From an uncultured Pseudomonadales bacterium (GTDB lineage Bacteria; Pseudomonadota; Gammaproteobacteria; Pseudomonadales; Azotimanducaceae), in contig CAZFIA010000005.1 of assembly GCA_964519335.1 (NCBI GenBank), positions 12,249 through 76,248 on the forward strand: 64,000 bases of DNA, read 5' to 3'. Of the stretch, positions 44,976-55,677 are shown piece by piece; positions within the stretch are counted from its first letter, which is position 1, and the number at the start of each line of letters is the position of its first letter. A program made the position numbers and the translations under genes. The notes below the pieces were generated by a model. The model saw only the letters and a list, made by a program, of their open reading frames with translations, did not search any database and was not told where the DNA came from.

Positions 44976-45844
44976 ACAGGCTTGGCATTCGGATCGAGAG
45001 CAACCGCCGGGTCGCCGTTCTCATAGAGCCCCAACAAACCATTACCACGCGCGCTGCCATCGTAGGCGGCAAAGCCCAAAACAGCCTGCAACTCAGGGGT
45101 AAGTCCGCGTACGGTCTCAAGGCTTAGATTAAGCACGCTGTTTTCAACCCCACGTAGCCAGCCGGCGCAGAACGACACTGAAACAGCTCGCCTAGGAGTG
45201 TTACCTTCGTTGGCTCCCGCACCGTGCACCAAATCACCCCGAAACAGCAATGCATCTCCCGCGGCCATCGTGGCTTGCACAAAATCAACGGACGAATAGG
45301 TTTGAACGTCGCGAAAACTGCCAGGCCCTACCCAGGTGGCACCGTTGATTTGGGTAAAGTCGCTGAGCGCAACTATCGCATTCACCACAAAAGGATCAGC
45401 GCCCAACGGCAGCGGCCAGGAGTCAGAATCGCGGTGCGCCGCCTGGCGGGGCTCACCGGGTTGAATTTGAATTAGCTCAGCCGCACTTAGCCTCACCTGG
45501 CTCGCCACTGGTGCAAGCGCACGTTTGGCCCATCCCAACAAGTCAGCGTTGCCAATGACTTGCGAAGAGCAGGGTAACTTCTCAATCAACCCGTGCAGAC
45601 GAATTGTCTTGTGGCCTAAAAAGCGGTTGTAGGTTGTCGACTTTGTGTCCGGCAGGCCAGGTAAAGAGTCTGTCTGCCCCCCAGCTTTCTGATAAGAAGA
45701 CTCAATGTAGCGATCGCACTCGTTGTTTAGCCTACCCAGCAGCTCTGAGTGGACAAAACTCTTGAGCACAACAGCACCGGAGGTCGCAATCTCCGCATCA
45801 ACAGCAGACCAATCAGCGGGCGTCGGGTATTCGCTAATTGACAC
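44972..45844 (-). CDS. phytanoyl-CoA dioxygenase (PhyH) family Fe(II)/2-oxoglutarate oxygenase
   Basis: 290 aa with an HRDSD (HxD) facial-triad motif and a distal H..G.N...R pattern. Confidence 0.75.
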   Translation of the reverse strand: MSISEYPTPADWSAVDAEIATSGAVVLKSFVHSELLGRLNNECDRYIESSYQKAGGQTDSLPGLPDTKSTTYNRFLGHKTIRLHGLIEKLPCSSQVIGNADLLGWAKRALAPVASQVRLSAAELIQIQPGEPRQAAHRDSDSWPLPLGADPFVVNAIVALSDFTQINGATWVGPGSFRDVQTYSSVDFVQATMAAGDALLFRGDLVHGAGANEGNTPRRAVSVSFCAGWLRGVENSVLNLSLETVRGLTPELQAVLGFAAYDGSARGNGLLGLYENGDPAVALDPNAKPV

Positions 45845-45875
45845 TCATATGTCCAGACGTTGCACCGCAGTCAAT

Positions 45876-46382
45876 CTAGGAGTCCGTGCGCTGAGCCGCC
45901 AAGGTTTCGATGCGCGACATTATGCCTACCCGGGTCTGGGGACCCACCAGTGTCTCAACAAAATCACCACCCGGCGCCACGATGTAGGTGCTGGGTAACA
46001 CTGCTGGCGCTTCTTGTCCCCAGCGCGCTCTTGGGTCTTCTGCCAGTACCGCAAATTCAATGCCCATGCGCTCGCTTACATCGGCGAGCTTTTGATCCCG
46101 CAAACCGTCGTAGTTAACGCCAATAACTTTCACGGACAAGCTCTCGTCTGCTCCCGTTGAATCACCATCCAGCTGGTTAAGTTCTGGAATTTCATGACGA
46201 CAAGGGCCGCACCATTCAGCCCAATAATTCACCACCAGCCAATCAGATCCCGCGAGATTGACGCTCGAGCCGGTTATGGTCGCCGCCGTGTTGGTCTCCT
46301 TGGGCGCACAGCCAAATACCATGCCCAGCATCAAGCAGCACAAAAAACTACGAAGGAAAAATCTATCTGTCAGATGCATCAT
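45876..46382 (-). CDS. TlpA/ResA-family thiol:disulfide oxidoreductase lipoprotein
   Basis: 168 aa with lipobox VFGC and the thioredoxin motif WAEWCGPC. Confidence 0.82.
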   Translation of the reverse strand: MMHLTDRFFLRSFLCCLMLGMVFGCAPKETNTAATITGSSVNLAGSDWLVVNYWAEWCGPCRHEIPELNQLDGDSTGADESLSVKVIGVNYDGLRDQKLADVSERMGIEFAVLAEDPRARWGQEAPAVLPSTYIVAPGGDFVETLVGPQTRVGIMSRIETLAAQRTDS

Positions 46383-46450
46383 TTGAACTCAAACTCGCAA
46401 GCCGTCATTCTAAACCCTATTTTCCAATCTGCAGACCGCAGGTGAATTAG

Positions 46451-47533
<1,083 letters not shown>

Positions 47534-47551
47534 TAAATCGCGTCCACCAAA

Positions 47552-47902
47552 TCAGTGAACGATGGGCCGCGGCTCGGCAAGTGTCTGCCCGTCGCCCTCG
47601 TCCACATCAATGTCTACGTTTTGTACCGCAAAGCGCCTGGTGACAATCTCACCGGCCAAGTAATTAGGCAACTCGCGCATAAACGCTTCCATGTGCTCGG
47701 TTTGAAAGTGATCGCGTAGCGATTCCATAGACTCCCACTCCTGAAACAACATCAGCACGTTTTCATCGAGCAAGCCAAGATAAAAGTCGTAGGAGATACA
47801 GCCATGCTCTGAGGTGCTGGCCTCAGCCATTTGTCTGGCAAGTTCGAGCGCCTGCTCTCGGCAGTCGGGTTTCAACGGAATGGTGCCGTGCACGATAATC
47901 AT
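47552..47902 (-). CDS. antibiotic biosynthesis monooxygenase (ABM) domain protein
   Basis: 116 aa ferredoxin-like dimeric alpha-beta barrel pattern (MIIVHGTI..., C.SY.F........F.EW.S...L..H..T.H). Confidence 0.72.
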   Translation of the reverse strand: MIIVHGTIPLKPDCREQALELARQMAEASTSEHGCISYDFYLGLLDENVLMLFQEWESMESLRDHFQTEHMEAFMRELPNYLAGEIVTRRFAVQNVDIDVDEGDGQTLAEPRPIVH

Positions 47903-47917
47903 AGCGCCATGATACGG

Positions 47918-49840
47918 CTATCCCTGCCGACTATCCAAACCGGCCTGAATCTCATCAAGAATTGCCGGATCATCGATAGTAGAAGGCATGGTGTAGTCGT
48001 CGCCGTCAGCCATCTTGCGAATGGTCTGGCGTAAAATCTTGCCTGAGCGGGTTTTAGGCAACCGCTCAACGCGCAGCAACTGCCGAAAGTTGGCAAACGC
48101 CCCCACCTCTGCGCGCACTGCAGCTATCAGCTCCTCGCGCAGGCTCTCAAGCGCAATATTTACGCCATCCTTAAGCACCACCAGACCCAGAGGCACCTGA
48201 CCCTTGTCCTCGTCCTTAATTCCCACAACGGCGCATTCAGCGACCGCTGGATTACCGGCCACCACTTCTTCCATCTGCCCCGTAGACAGCCTGTGTCCAG
48301 CCACGTTTATGACATCATCGACGCGACCCATGATGTAGACATACCCCTCGTCGTCGACATAGCCGCCATCACCCGTTAGGTAATAGCCTGGGTAACGCTC
48401 CCAGTAAGCACTTAGGTAACGGGCGTGATCTTCCCAGACCGTTGGCAATGCGCCCGGCGGTAGCGGCGCCTTGAGTACCACGTTGCCTTCCTCGCCCGCC
48501 GGCAGTTTGTTGCCATCCTCATCAAATATTTGCAGGTCGTAACCTGGAATGGGCAAGGCCAGTGAGCCAGGCTTGATAGGGACAAGTCCCATCCGCGCAA
48601 GGTTGGAACAAATAGGCCAGCCGGTTTCGGTTTGCCACCAGTGATCAACAACGGGACAGTGCAGCACCTCATCCAGCCAATGATAAGTAGGTGGGTCGAG
48701 CCGCTCACCTGCAACAAACAAGGTGCGCAGGCAGGTCACGTCGTATTGCTTAAGCAGCGCGCCATCGGGATCTTCTTTCTTGATGGCGCGAAACGCAGTG
48801 GGTGCTACAAAAAACGCTCGGACCTGATAGTCCTGAATTACTCGCCAAAAGGTTCCAGCATCTGGAGTACGCACCGGTTTACCTTCAAACAGGACACTCG
48901 AACAGCCTGCAATCAAAGGGCCATACACAATAAAGCTGTGGCCAACCACCCAACCCACATCAGAAGCCGCCCAATAGGTCTCGCCCTGATTGACGCCGTA
49001 CACCACGTCCATGCTGTAGGACAGCGCAACCGCGTGACCGCCGTTATCGCGCAGCACACCTTTTGGTTTACCCGTAGTGCCAGAGGTATAAAGGATATAG
49101 AGCGGATCGCAGGCATCCATCACTTCGAAGTCTGCCGACTCACCCAGCGCTTCGAACTCGTTCCAATCAATATCGCGTGGCGCCTGCATCGCGCAGTCGG
49201 CCTGCGGACGCTTAAGCACAACACAATGGTCTACTTTGTGATCGGCAAGCTCGACTGCCCGATCCAGAAGCGGTTTGTACTCAATGACCTTATCGAACTC
49301 GATGCCGCAATTAGCAGCAAGCACAACCTTGGGCGTTGCATCATCGATTCTTACGGCAAGTTCCGGTGCTGCAAAGCCACCAAACACCACCGAATGCACC
49401 GCACCAATACGTGCGCAAGCAAGCATGGCCACTGCTGTTTCAGGAACCATCGGCATGTAAATCACTACGCGATCACCCTTACCCACACCAAGGGCAACCA
49501 GCGAGCCCGCAACCTTCGCCACCCAATCGGTGAGTTCACCGTAGGTGTATTTAGTGTAGGTATCGGTAGCGGGCGAATCATAGATGAGCGCAATCTCATC
49601 GCCGCGCCCGGCCTCGACATGGCGATCGAGCGCGAGCCAGGCCGTGTTTAGCTTGCCGCCGGCATACCAGCGATCAGCACCGTTATCGTCTTTACTCAAT
49701 ATGGTTTTCGGAAACTCAAACCATTCGATGCGTTCGGCTTGCTCGCGCCAGAATCCTTCAGGATCCTGTGCTGCACGCTCACTTACCGCGGCATAGTCTG
49801 CGAGCAGCTGCTTGTCTGACTCACTCTTGGATTCGCTCAT
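47918..49840 (-). CDS. acyl-CoA synthetase of the acetate/propionate--CoA ligase (Acs/PrpE) family
   Basis: 640 aa with the N-terminus DPEGFWREQAERIEWF....RWYAGGKLN...DRH, plus YTSGTTGKPKG and a C-terminal TRSGKILR. Confidence 0.9.
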   Translation of the reverse strand: MSESKSESDKQLLADYAAVSERAAQDPEGFWREQAERIEWFEFPKTILSKDDNGADRWYAGGKLNTAWLALDRHVEAGRGDEIALIYDSPATDTYTKYTYGELTDWVAKVAGSLVALGVGKGDRVVIYMPMVPETAVAMLACARIGAVHSVVFGGFAAPELAVRIDDATPKVVLAANCGIEFDKVIEYKPLLDRAVELADHKVDHCVVLKRPQADCAMQAPRDIDWNEFEALGESADFEVMDACDPLYILYTSGTTGKPKGVLRDNGGHAVALSYSMDVVYGVNQGETYWAASDVGWVVGHSFIVYGPLIAGCSSVLFEGKPVRTPDAGTFWRVIQDYQVRAFFVAPTAFRAIKKEDPDGALLKQYDVTCLRTLFVAGERLDPPTYHWLDEVLHCPVVDHWWQTETGWPICSNLARMGLVPIKPGSLALPIPGYDLQIFDEDGNKLPAGEEGNVVLKAPLPPGALPTVWEDHARYLSAYWERYPGYYLTGDGGYVDDEGYVYIMGRVDDVINVAGHRLSTGQMEEVVAGNPAVAECAVVGIKDEDKGQVPLGLVVLKDGVNIALESLREELIAAVRAEVGAFANFRQLLRVERLPKTRSGKILRQTIRKMADGDDYTMPSTIDDPAILDEIQAGLDSRQG

Positions 49841-50970
49841 GCCGTGGGGATTACTTTACTCGCCTTGAGCCTGGCAATGTCATCGCCTGAGAAACCCGCT
49901 GCCTCGAGCACGGCTTGCGAGTCTTGTCCTTCCATACGTGGGCCATTGCGAACTTCTGGTGCGGTGCGCGAGAAACGCGGCGCAGGTGCCGGCTGCACAA
50001 CGCCGTCGATGTTCACAAAACCCTTGCGGTGTTGGTTATGCGGGTGATCCGGCGCTTCAAAAATCGACAGCACCGGTGCAAAACACACGTCGCTGCCTTC
50101 CATGATGTCGCACCACTCGTCGCGGGTCTTTGATTTCATAATTGCGGTGAGCCGCGCTTTTTGATCACGCCACAGCGAAGGATCCATCTGCTTGCCAAAC
50201 GTGTCTTCATCGAGTCCGGCTTTCTCTTTCAACAGCGCATAAAACTGCGGCTCTATAGAACCCAGGCTTACGTACTTGCCGTCGCTGGTTTCATAGGTGT
50301 CATAGAAAGGCGCGCCGCCATCAAGCAGGTTAGTGCCGCGTTGATCGGTAAACCGCCCCATAGAAGCCATGCTAAAGAACATCGACATAAGCGAGGCAGC
50401 CCCATCGATCATGGCTGAGTCGATAACCTGTCCTTCGCCAGACTTGCTCGCTTCAAGCAGCCCACACACCATGCCGTAAGCAAGCAACATGCCGCCGCCG
50501 CCAAAGTCACCCACCAGATTCAACGGCGGCACCGGGCGTTCACCCTCTCGGCCTACCGAGTAAAGAGCACCGGACAATGCGATGTAGTTAATATCGTGGC
50601 CCGCTGCGTTAGCCATAGGGCCTTCCTGCCCCCAGCCGGTCATGCGGCCATACACCAGTTTCTTGTTGCGCTGCATGCAGGTGTCGGGGCCCAGCCCAAG
50701 CCGCTCGGTAACGCCTGGCCGAAATCCTTCAAACAGGCCATCCGCGGATTCAACCAGCTTGAGTACGGTTTCAACCCCCTCGGGCTGCTTTAGATCAACC
50801 GCGATCGACTGGCGGTTACGATTGAGCACGTCTTTGGAGGGCTGCGGATTCTCGGTGTAACGATCTACCCGGATAACTTCCGCCCCCATATCTGACAGCA
50901 TCATGCCGCAGAACGGGCCCGGCCCAATGCCGGCCAACTCGATAATCTTCACCCCTGCTAATGGACCCAT
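49837..50970 (-). CDS. family III CoA-transferase, alpha-methylacyl-CoA racemase-like
   Basis: 377 aa. The N-terminus MGPLAGVKIIELAGIGPGPFCGMMLSDMGAEVIRVDR closely follows the AMACR/Mcr subgroup. A 4-nt overlap with the downstream synthetase gene suggests an operon. Confidence 0.85.
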   Translation of the reverse strand: MGPLAGVKIIELAGIGPGPFCGMMLSDMGAEVIRVDRYTENPQPSKDVLNRNRQSIAVDLKQPEGVETVLKLVESADGLFEGFRPGVTERLGLGPDTCMQRNKKLVYGRMTGWGQEGPMANAAGHDINYIALSGALYSVGREGERPVPPLNLVGDFGGGGMLLAYGMVCGLLEASKSGEGQVIDSAMIDGAASLMSMFFSMASMGRFTDQRGTNLLDGGAPFYDTYETSDGKYVSLGSIEPQFYALLKEKAGLDEDTFGKQMDPSLWRDQKARLTAIMKSKTRDEWCDIMEGSDVCFAPVLSIFEAPDHPHNQHRKGFVNIDGVVQPAPAPRFSRTAPEVRNGPRMEGQDSQAVLEAAGFSGDDIARLKASKVIPTA

Positions 50971-51049
50971 TGTTCACTCCCCAGTATTTGGCCACCAGAA
51001 TTTAACCGGCTGCATATGTCGCAATATTCTCAGGGGTTATTATGCGTAG

Positions 51050-52186
51050 GTGAGCGACTTGGTTCCATCGGAAGACACCATCAGCAATACACCCGCCAAA
51101 CCATCTGCCCCAAAGAGCCCGCAACGCAAGATAATTCATGCCGATTGCGACAGCTTCTTTGCATCCGTGGAGATGCGCGACGATCCAAGCCTTAAGGATT
51201 TGCCCGTCGCCGTAGGCGGCTCACCCGATAAACGCGGCGTGGTCAGTACCTGCAACTACGCAGCCCGGCGTTATGGCGTACACAGCGCTATGCCCATGAG
51301 CCGCGCTGTGCGGCTGTGCCCCCGGCTCGTGATCGTGCCCGGCAATATGGCCAAATATAAGGAGGTCTCCGGCCAGGTCAGAGAGATCTTTGAACGCTTC
51401 ACAGACCTCATTGAACCTCTATCGCTGGATGAAGCCTTTCTCGATGTAAGCAACTGTTCAGATCATGAGGGCAGCGCCACCCTGATGGCACGCGAAATCC
51501 GCCGCGCGGTTCGCGAGGAACTCGGAATAACAATTTCTTGCGGTATTGCTCCGAACAAATTTATCGCAAAGATCGCGAGCGACTGGGAGAAGCCCGACGG
51601 TCAGTTCACCGTAACGCCAGAACAGGTAGACGCCTTTGTCGCCGAACTGCCGGTAGAAAAAATATTCGGTGTAGGTGCGGTAACCGCCAAACGCATGCAC
51701 GACAAAGGCTTACGCACGTGCAGCGACCTAAGGAAGCTCTCCATCACAGACCTCACTCGTGACTTCGGAAAATTTGGCACGCGCCTCTTCGATCTATCCC
51801 GCGGTCTCGACGAGCGCCCCGTTCGATCACACCGAATACGCAAGTCAATCAGCGTCGAGCGGACGTACGCAGAAGACCTTCCCGACCTTGAGAGCGCATT
51901 GGCTGCAAGCAAACCACTGTTTGCAGATTTACAGAAGAGAATCGATGGCAATCTCAACAACGCCCGGAAGCGAATCGATCAGTGTTTCGTAAAGGTTCGT
52001 TTCAGCGACTTCAGCACCACTACCGTGTCGAGCATGAAGAGTAACTGCGAGCAGAAAGTGTTCGAAGGATTAATCAATCAGGGCTGGGCAAGAGCGAGTA
52101 AACCCGTAAGACTCATTGGCCTGGGTGTGCGGCTGGCTCACCCAGACTCGCGAGACCAACTGGCGCTGTTCGACGATTCAAGCTGA
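51050..52186 (+). CDS. dinB: DNA polymerase IV (Y-family)
   Basis: 378 aa with IIHADCDSFFASVE, PVAVGG, and SLDEAFLDV. GTG start. Confidence 0.95.
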   Translation: MSDLVPSEDTISNTPAKPSAPKSPQRKIIHADCDSFFASVEMRDDPSLKDLPVAVGGSPDKRGVVSTCNYAARRYGVHSAMPMSRAVRLCPRLVIVPGNMAKYKEVSGQVREIFERFTDLIEPLSLDEAFLDVSNCSDHEGSATLMAREIRRAVREELGITISCGIAPNKFIAKIASDWEKPDGQFTVTPEQVDAFVAELPVEKIFGVGAVTAKRMHDKGLRTCSDLRKLSITDLTRDFGKFGTRLFDLSRGLDERPVRSHRIRKSISVERTYAEDLPDLESALAASKPLFADLQKRIDGNLNNARKRIDQCFVKVRFSDFSTTTVSSMKSNCEQKVFEGLINQGWARASKPVRLIGLGVRLAHPDSRDQLALFDDSS

Positions 52187-54003
52187 ACTTTGGCGTAACG
52201 TGCATAGAGCGGACTGGTGTTAAGAAGCTCAGCATGCGGACCTATCGCAGATACCTCGCCGCCATCAAGCACCACAATACGATCAGCGCCAATAACAGTA
52301 GATAGACGGTGCGCGATCGCGATCACCGTCACCTCGCCTCTAATACTCGCAAGCGCATCGCGAATCTGACTCTCGCTCTCTGCATCGAGCGCGCTTGTGG
52401 CCTCGTCGAGTAACAGAACGCGTGGCTCGCTATAGAGCGCCCTGGCGATGGCCAAACGCTGGCGTTGGCCGCCGGATAAGCCTACGCCGCCTTCTCCCAG
52501 TTCGGTATCAAGCCCATCAGGCAGAGCCTCGACAAAATCCAGGGCGTTGGCTTTGCGCAACGCACGGCGCACACGCGTGTCGATGATATCGCTACCGGGT
52601 TCTAGAGGTGTTCCTGCATCTGTCACCGAGTCGGAGTCGGATTCGGCTTTCGCCTCTGCATAGACAACCAGGTCTCGAATGCTGCCCGCAAGTAACGCCG
52701 CGTCCTGTGGCACCAAGGCTATGTGTTCACGCAAATCATCACGGTTGAGTGCGCGCAGATCGTTACCGTCAAGCGACACCGCACCATCCACAGGATCATA
52801 AAAACGCAACACCAGATCAAACAACGTGCTCTTGCCCGCACCGGACGGACCCACCAACGCCACCATCTCACCGGGATCAACCTTGAAAGAGACGTTGTTC
52901 AGTACGCGTACGGTTGGCCGGGAAGGGTAAACGTAGCCCACGCCATCGAAGGCGATAGCGCCGCGCAGAGCTGATATGTCAGCCGCTGTTTGGGGATCCG
53001 GCAGTTCGTTGGGTGCCGCCAGCAATTCCATAAGGCGCTCCGTTGCGCCAGCCGCTCGCTGCAAATCAGACCAGACCTCAGAGATTGCGCCGACAGAACC
53101 AGCAACAATAAGGGCATAGAACACAAACGCGGCAAGCTCGCCAGCAGTGGTGCGCCCCTGCAACACATCTTGTCCACCCACCCAGATCATGGCGCCAATT
53201 GCCCCCATGATGAGCAGCATCACCATGGCAATAAGAAACGCGCGCTGGCGAATGCGGTGGGCTGCCACTACAAAGGCACTCTCTACTCGAGATTTAAAGG
53301 CTCGAACATCTGCCGTCTGATGATTGTAAGCCTGCACCACTTTAATGTTGCGTAACGACTCACCCGCGTAGCTTCCTACGTCGGCAAGCGTGTCCTGACT
53401 CGTGCGCGACAGCTTTCTAACGCTACGGCCAAAAACAATAATGGGGATGATAATGAGCGGAATGCTGCCGAGCACAATGGCTGTGAGTTTCGGATTGGTA
53501 ACCAACAACAACACCACGCCGCCCACAAACATCAACGCATTGCGCAAGGCGATAGAGACCGACGAACCAATCACGTTTTGCAAAAGCGTTGTATCAGTTG
53601 TAATGCGCGACTGGATTTCGGTGGGCTGATTGGCCTCGAAAAAGCCGGGGTGCAGATCTATCAAATGCGCATAAACATGATTGCGCAGATCAGCACTCAC
53701 ACGCTCCCCCACCCAGGACACAAAATAGAAGCGCACAAAGGTGCCGATGGTCAACGCCAGCACCAGAGCTCCAAACCACAGAAGGCTGGAACTCAACAAT
53801 TCGGGATCTTGCGAGCCAAAGCCGGAATCGATAACCACACGAACGCCCTGACCCACCGACAGGGTGATACTGGCCGTGACGATCAATGCAACCGTAGCCG
53901 CAAGGATTTGCGGTTTATAGGGCGCCAAATAGCTTAGCGCGTGTTTCAGGCTGCCAAGATTCTTGGATGTCTCTCGTTCGACATCCAGTAGGGGTTCAGA
54001 CAT
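52138..54003 (-). CDS. ABC transporter, fused permease/ATP-binding protein (MsbA/ABCB-type exporter)
   Basis: 621 aa. Six-TM exporter domain, Walker A GPSGAGKST, signature LSGGQRQR and Walker B LLLDEATSALD. Confidence 0.9.
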   Translation of the reverse strand: MSEPLLDVERETSKNLGSLKHALSYLAPYKPQILAATVALIVTASITLSVGQGVRVVIDSGFGSQDPELLSSSLLWFGALVLALTIGTFVRFYFVSWVGERVSADLRNHVYAHLIDLHPGFFEANQPTEIQSRITTDTTLLQNVIGSSVSIALRNALMFVGGVVLLLVTNPKLTAIVLGSIPLIIIPIIVFGRSVRKLSRTSQDTLADVGSYAGESLRNIKVVQAYNHQTADVRAFKSRVESAFVVAAHRIRQRAFLIAMVMLLIMGAIGAMIWVGGQDVLQGRTTAGELAAFVFYALIVAGSVGAISEVWSDLQRAAGATERLMELLAAPNELPDPQTAADISALRGAIAFDGVGYVYPSRPTVRVLNNVSFKVDPGEMVALVGPSGAGKSTLFDLVLRFYDPVDGAVSLDGNDLRALNRDDLREHIALVPQDAALLAGSIRDLVVYAEAKAESDSDSVTDAGTPLEPGSDIIDTRVRRALRKANALDFVEALPDGLDTELGEGGVGLSGGQRQRLAIARALYSEPRVLLLDEATSALDAESESQIRDALASIRGEVTVIAIAHRLSTVIGADRIVVLDGGEVSAIGPHAELLNTSPLYARYAKVQLESSNSASWSRESG

Positions 54004-54098
54004 CAGAGTATTTGCTTGCGCCGGGCGCCGTATCCTACTCCGGCTGCGTCTTGGTGTCGTGCCCCGCCGTGCATGTCATTCGTCGCGCATGCTATAGA

Positions 54099-54821
54099 AT
54101 GAGATCGAGCGAATTTATCGGAGAGAACCCCGTGAGCGACCAGCCCCCAAGCAAGCACAGCATCACCGAGACCGACGATCAGATTCTGGTTGAACCAGCG
54201 GATGCCGCCGTCGGTGCAGTAATTTGGCTGCACGGCCTGGGCGCTGATGGTCACGACTTCCTGCCCGTCGTGGAAGAGCTGAACATTCCTGACGGCCTGC
54301 GCTTTGTGTTTCCACACGCTGAAGTTCGCCCGGTGACCATCAATGGTGGCGCCGAGATGCGGGCCTGGTACGACATCGATATGTCGGCGCCCCTCGCGGG
54401 CACCGAAGACATTCGAGATTCAGCAAAGCGACTCGACGGACTGGTTCAAACCCAAATCGATCACGGGCTTGAAGCCAATCAAATAGTGGTTGCAGGTTTC
54501 TCGCAGGGAGGAGTAATCGCGCTGCAGCATGGTTTGCGCAGTACCCGCAAGCTCGCCGGCATCATGGCGCTGTCGACTTACGTGCATGACCCGGAGCACC
54601 TAATTGATGAAATCACACTCGAAAGCGTAGACGCCCCCATCTTTATGGCCCACGGCATTGCCGATCCCATGATCCCCATTACTCGCGCGATTACATCGCG
54701 CGAGGCGCTGCTCGGCCTCAACTATCGCCTTGAGTGGCACGAATACCAAATGGGGCATCAGGTGTGCATTGAAGAACTACACGATATTTCTACATGGCTC
54801 ACACAACGGTTTTCGCCTTGA
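54099..54821 (+). CDS. carboxylesterase/phospholipase-family alpha/beta hydrolase
   Basis: VIWLHGLGADGHDF and the nucleophile elbow GFSQGG. I chose the start at ATG 54099. The track ORF start at 53967 overlaps the ABC gene. Confidence 0.85.
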   Translation: MRSSEFIGENPVSDQPPSKHSITETDDQILVEPADAAVGAVIWLHGLGADGHDFLPVVEELNIPDGLRFVFPHAEVRPVTINGGAEMRAWYDIDMSAPLAGTEDIRDSAKRLDGLVQTQIDHGLEANQIVVAGFSQGGVIALQHGLRSTRKLAGIMALSTYVHDPEHLIDEITLESVDAPIFMAHGIADPMIPITRAITSREALLGLNYRLEWHEYQMGHQVCIEELHDISTWLTQRFSP

Positions 54822-55459
54822 CCACTTCTTTAAAGCGCGGACCTACAAAAACCGCTGAGCCAGAAAACAACGAGCTTCCTCTACCAGACCGCCTACCACT
54901 AGCCCCTACCTCCGATGAGTGGCTACCCTGCGTACTAGCGAATTTTGATGATTTTCTTGCTGACCACGCTTCCTGCGAAAAGAAGGCGTCCGGCATGGCA
55001 GTAAACGTTGCGTCGCACTATCCCGACCAACCGCGTTTGCTTGAAGCAATGGCGGATTTAGCCGTGGAAGAAATGAGTCATTACAGAGAAGTTATTCGTC
55101 TGCTCATTTCGCGCGGCGCACGACCTATTGCTGATACAAAAGATCCCTACGTGAACGCTCTGCAAAAACACATACGCAATGGTACTGCGGCCTATCTGAT
55201 GGACCGTTTGCTCGTAGCGGCAGTTGTAGAAGCACGAGGCCATGAACGGTTTGGTCTGGTCGCACAAGCCGTAACGGACCCGGCACTAAAGAAGTTCTAC
55301 AACGCCATCACCGCAAGCGAACATCGTCACTGGCAGCTCTTTGTTCAGCTGGCCGCACACTATTTCCCACAAACCGAGGTTCAATCAAGGCTAAACGAAC
55401 TTTGCGGCGCAGAGGCCGAGATCGTTGCTGCCCAACCGCCAAGGGCAGCATTGCATTGA
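54794..55459 (+). CDS. miaE: tRNA-(ms2io6A37)-hydroxylase MiaE (ferritin-like di-iron)
   Basis: DHASCEKKASG...LAVEEMSHYREV...EARGHERF...SEHRH are the paired E..H di-iron motifs typical of MiaE. Confidence 0.8.
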   Translation: MAHTTVFALTTSLKRGPTKTAEPENNELPLPDRLPLAPTSDEWLPCVLANFDDFLADHASCEKKASGMAVNVASHYPDQPRLLEAMADLAVEEMSHYREVIRLLISRGARPIADTKDPYVNALQKHIRNGTAAYLMDRLLVAAVVEARGHERFGLVAQAVTDPALKKFYNAITASEHRHWQLFVQLAAHYFPQTEVQSRLNELCGAEAEIVAAQPPRAALH

Positions 55460-55677
55460 GGGGCGGAGAATAAATCAACAAACACTCAACAGCTTCATCC
55501 AGGCCCACTCAATCCAAGGTTCCGCAATCAATAGTTCCTGGGGGAGAGCCACTTGAGACCTACCTCGCAAGCTGGGCCGAACCTATCGCCCGCCACAATT
55601 TCACGGCCCATACAGATTCTGAGAAACTAAATCTCGCCCGGATCAAGGCCTGTCGCGCAGGTCGCTTTCGCTGGGTA

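Noticed and set aside
48632-49651. Long antisense or alternative-frame ORFs: 48632-49651 (+, 339 aa), 16135-16779 (+, 214 aa), 40291-40884 (-, 197 aa), 31134-31707 (+), 5822-6295 (+), 36842-37378 (+).
   Set aside because: Each lies entirely within a confidently identified gene (acyl-CoA synthetase, MBL hydrolase, aspS, cpoB, fatty-acid ligase, ruvB/ruvA). Their translations are low-complexity or Arg/Pro-rich with no recognisable motifs.
50971-51049. LexA/SOS box upstream of dinB.
   Set aside because: The only CTG...CAG pair (CTGCATATGTCGCAATATTCTCAG) has 18 nt between the CTG and CAG half-sites, which does not match the CTGT-N8-ACAG geometry.
53940-53995. Repeat-like sequences inside coding DNA: GAGACATCCAAG near 53956, GACATCCAG near 53985, GGACAGCC in bamC at about 17176, and GGACAGTG at about 1968.
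   Set aside because: These are single near-matches without the A/T-rich flank, located inside well-supported reading frames. They are most simply explained by chance.
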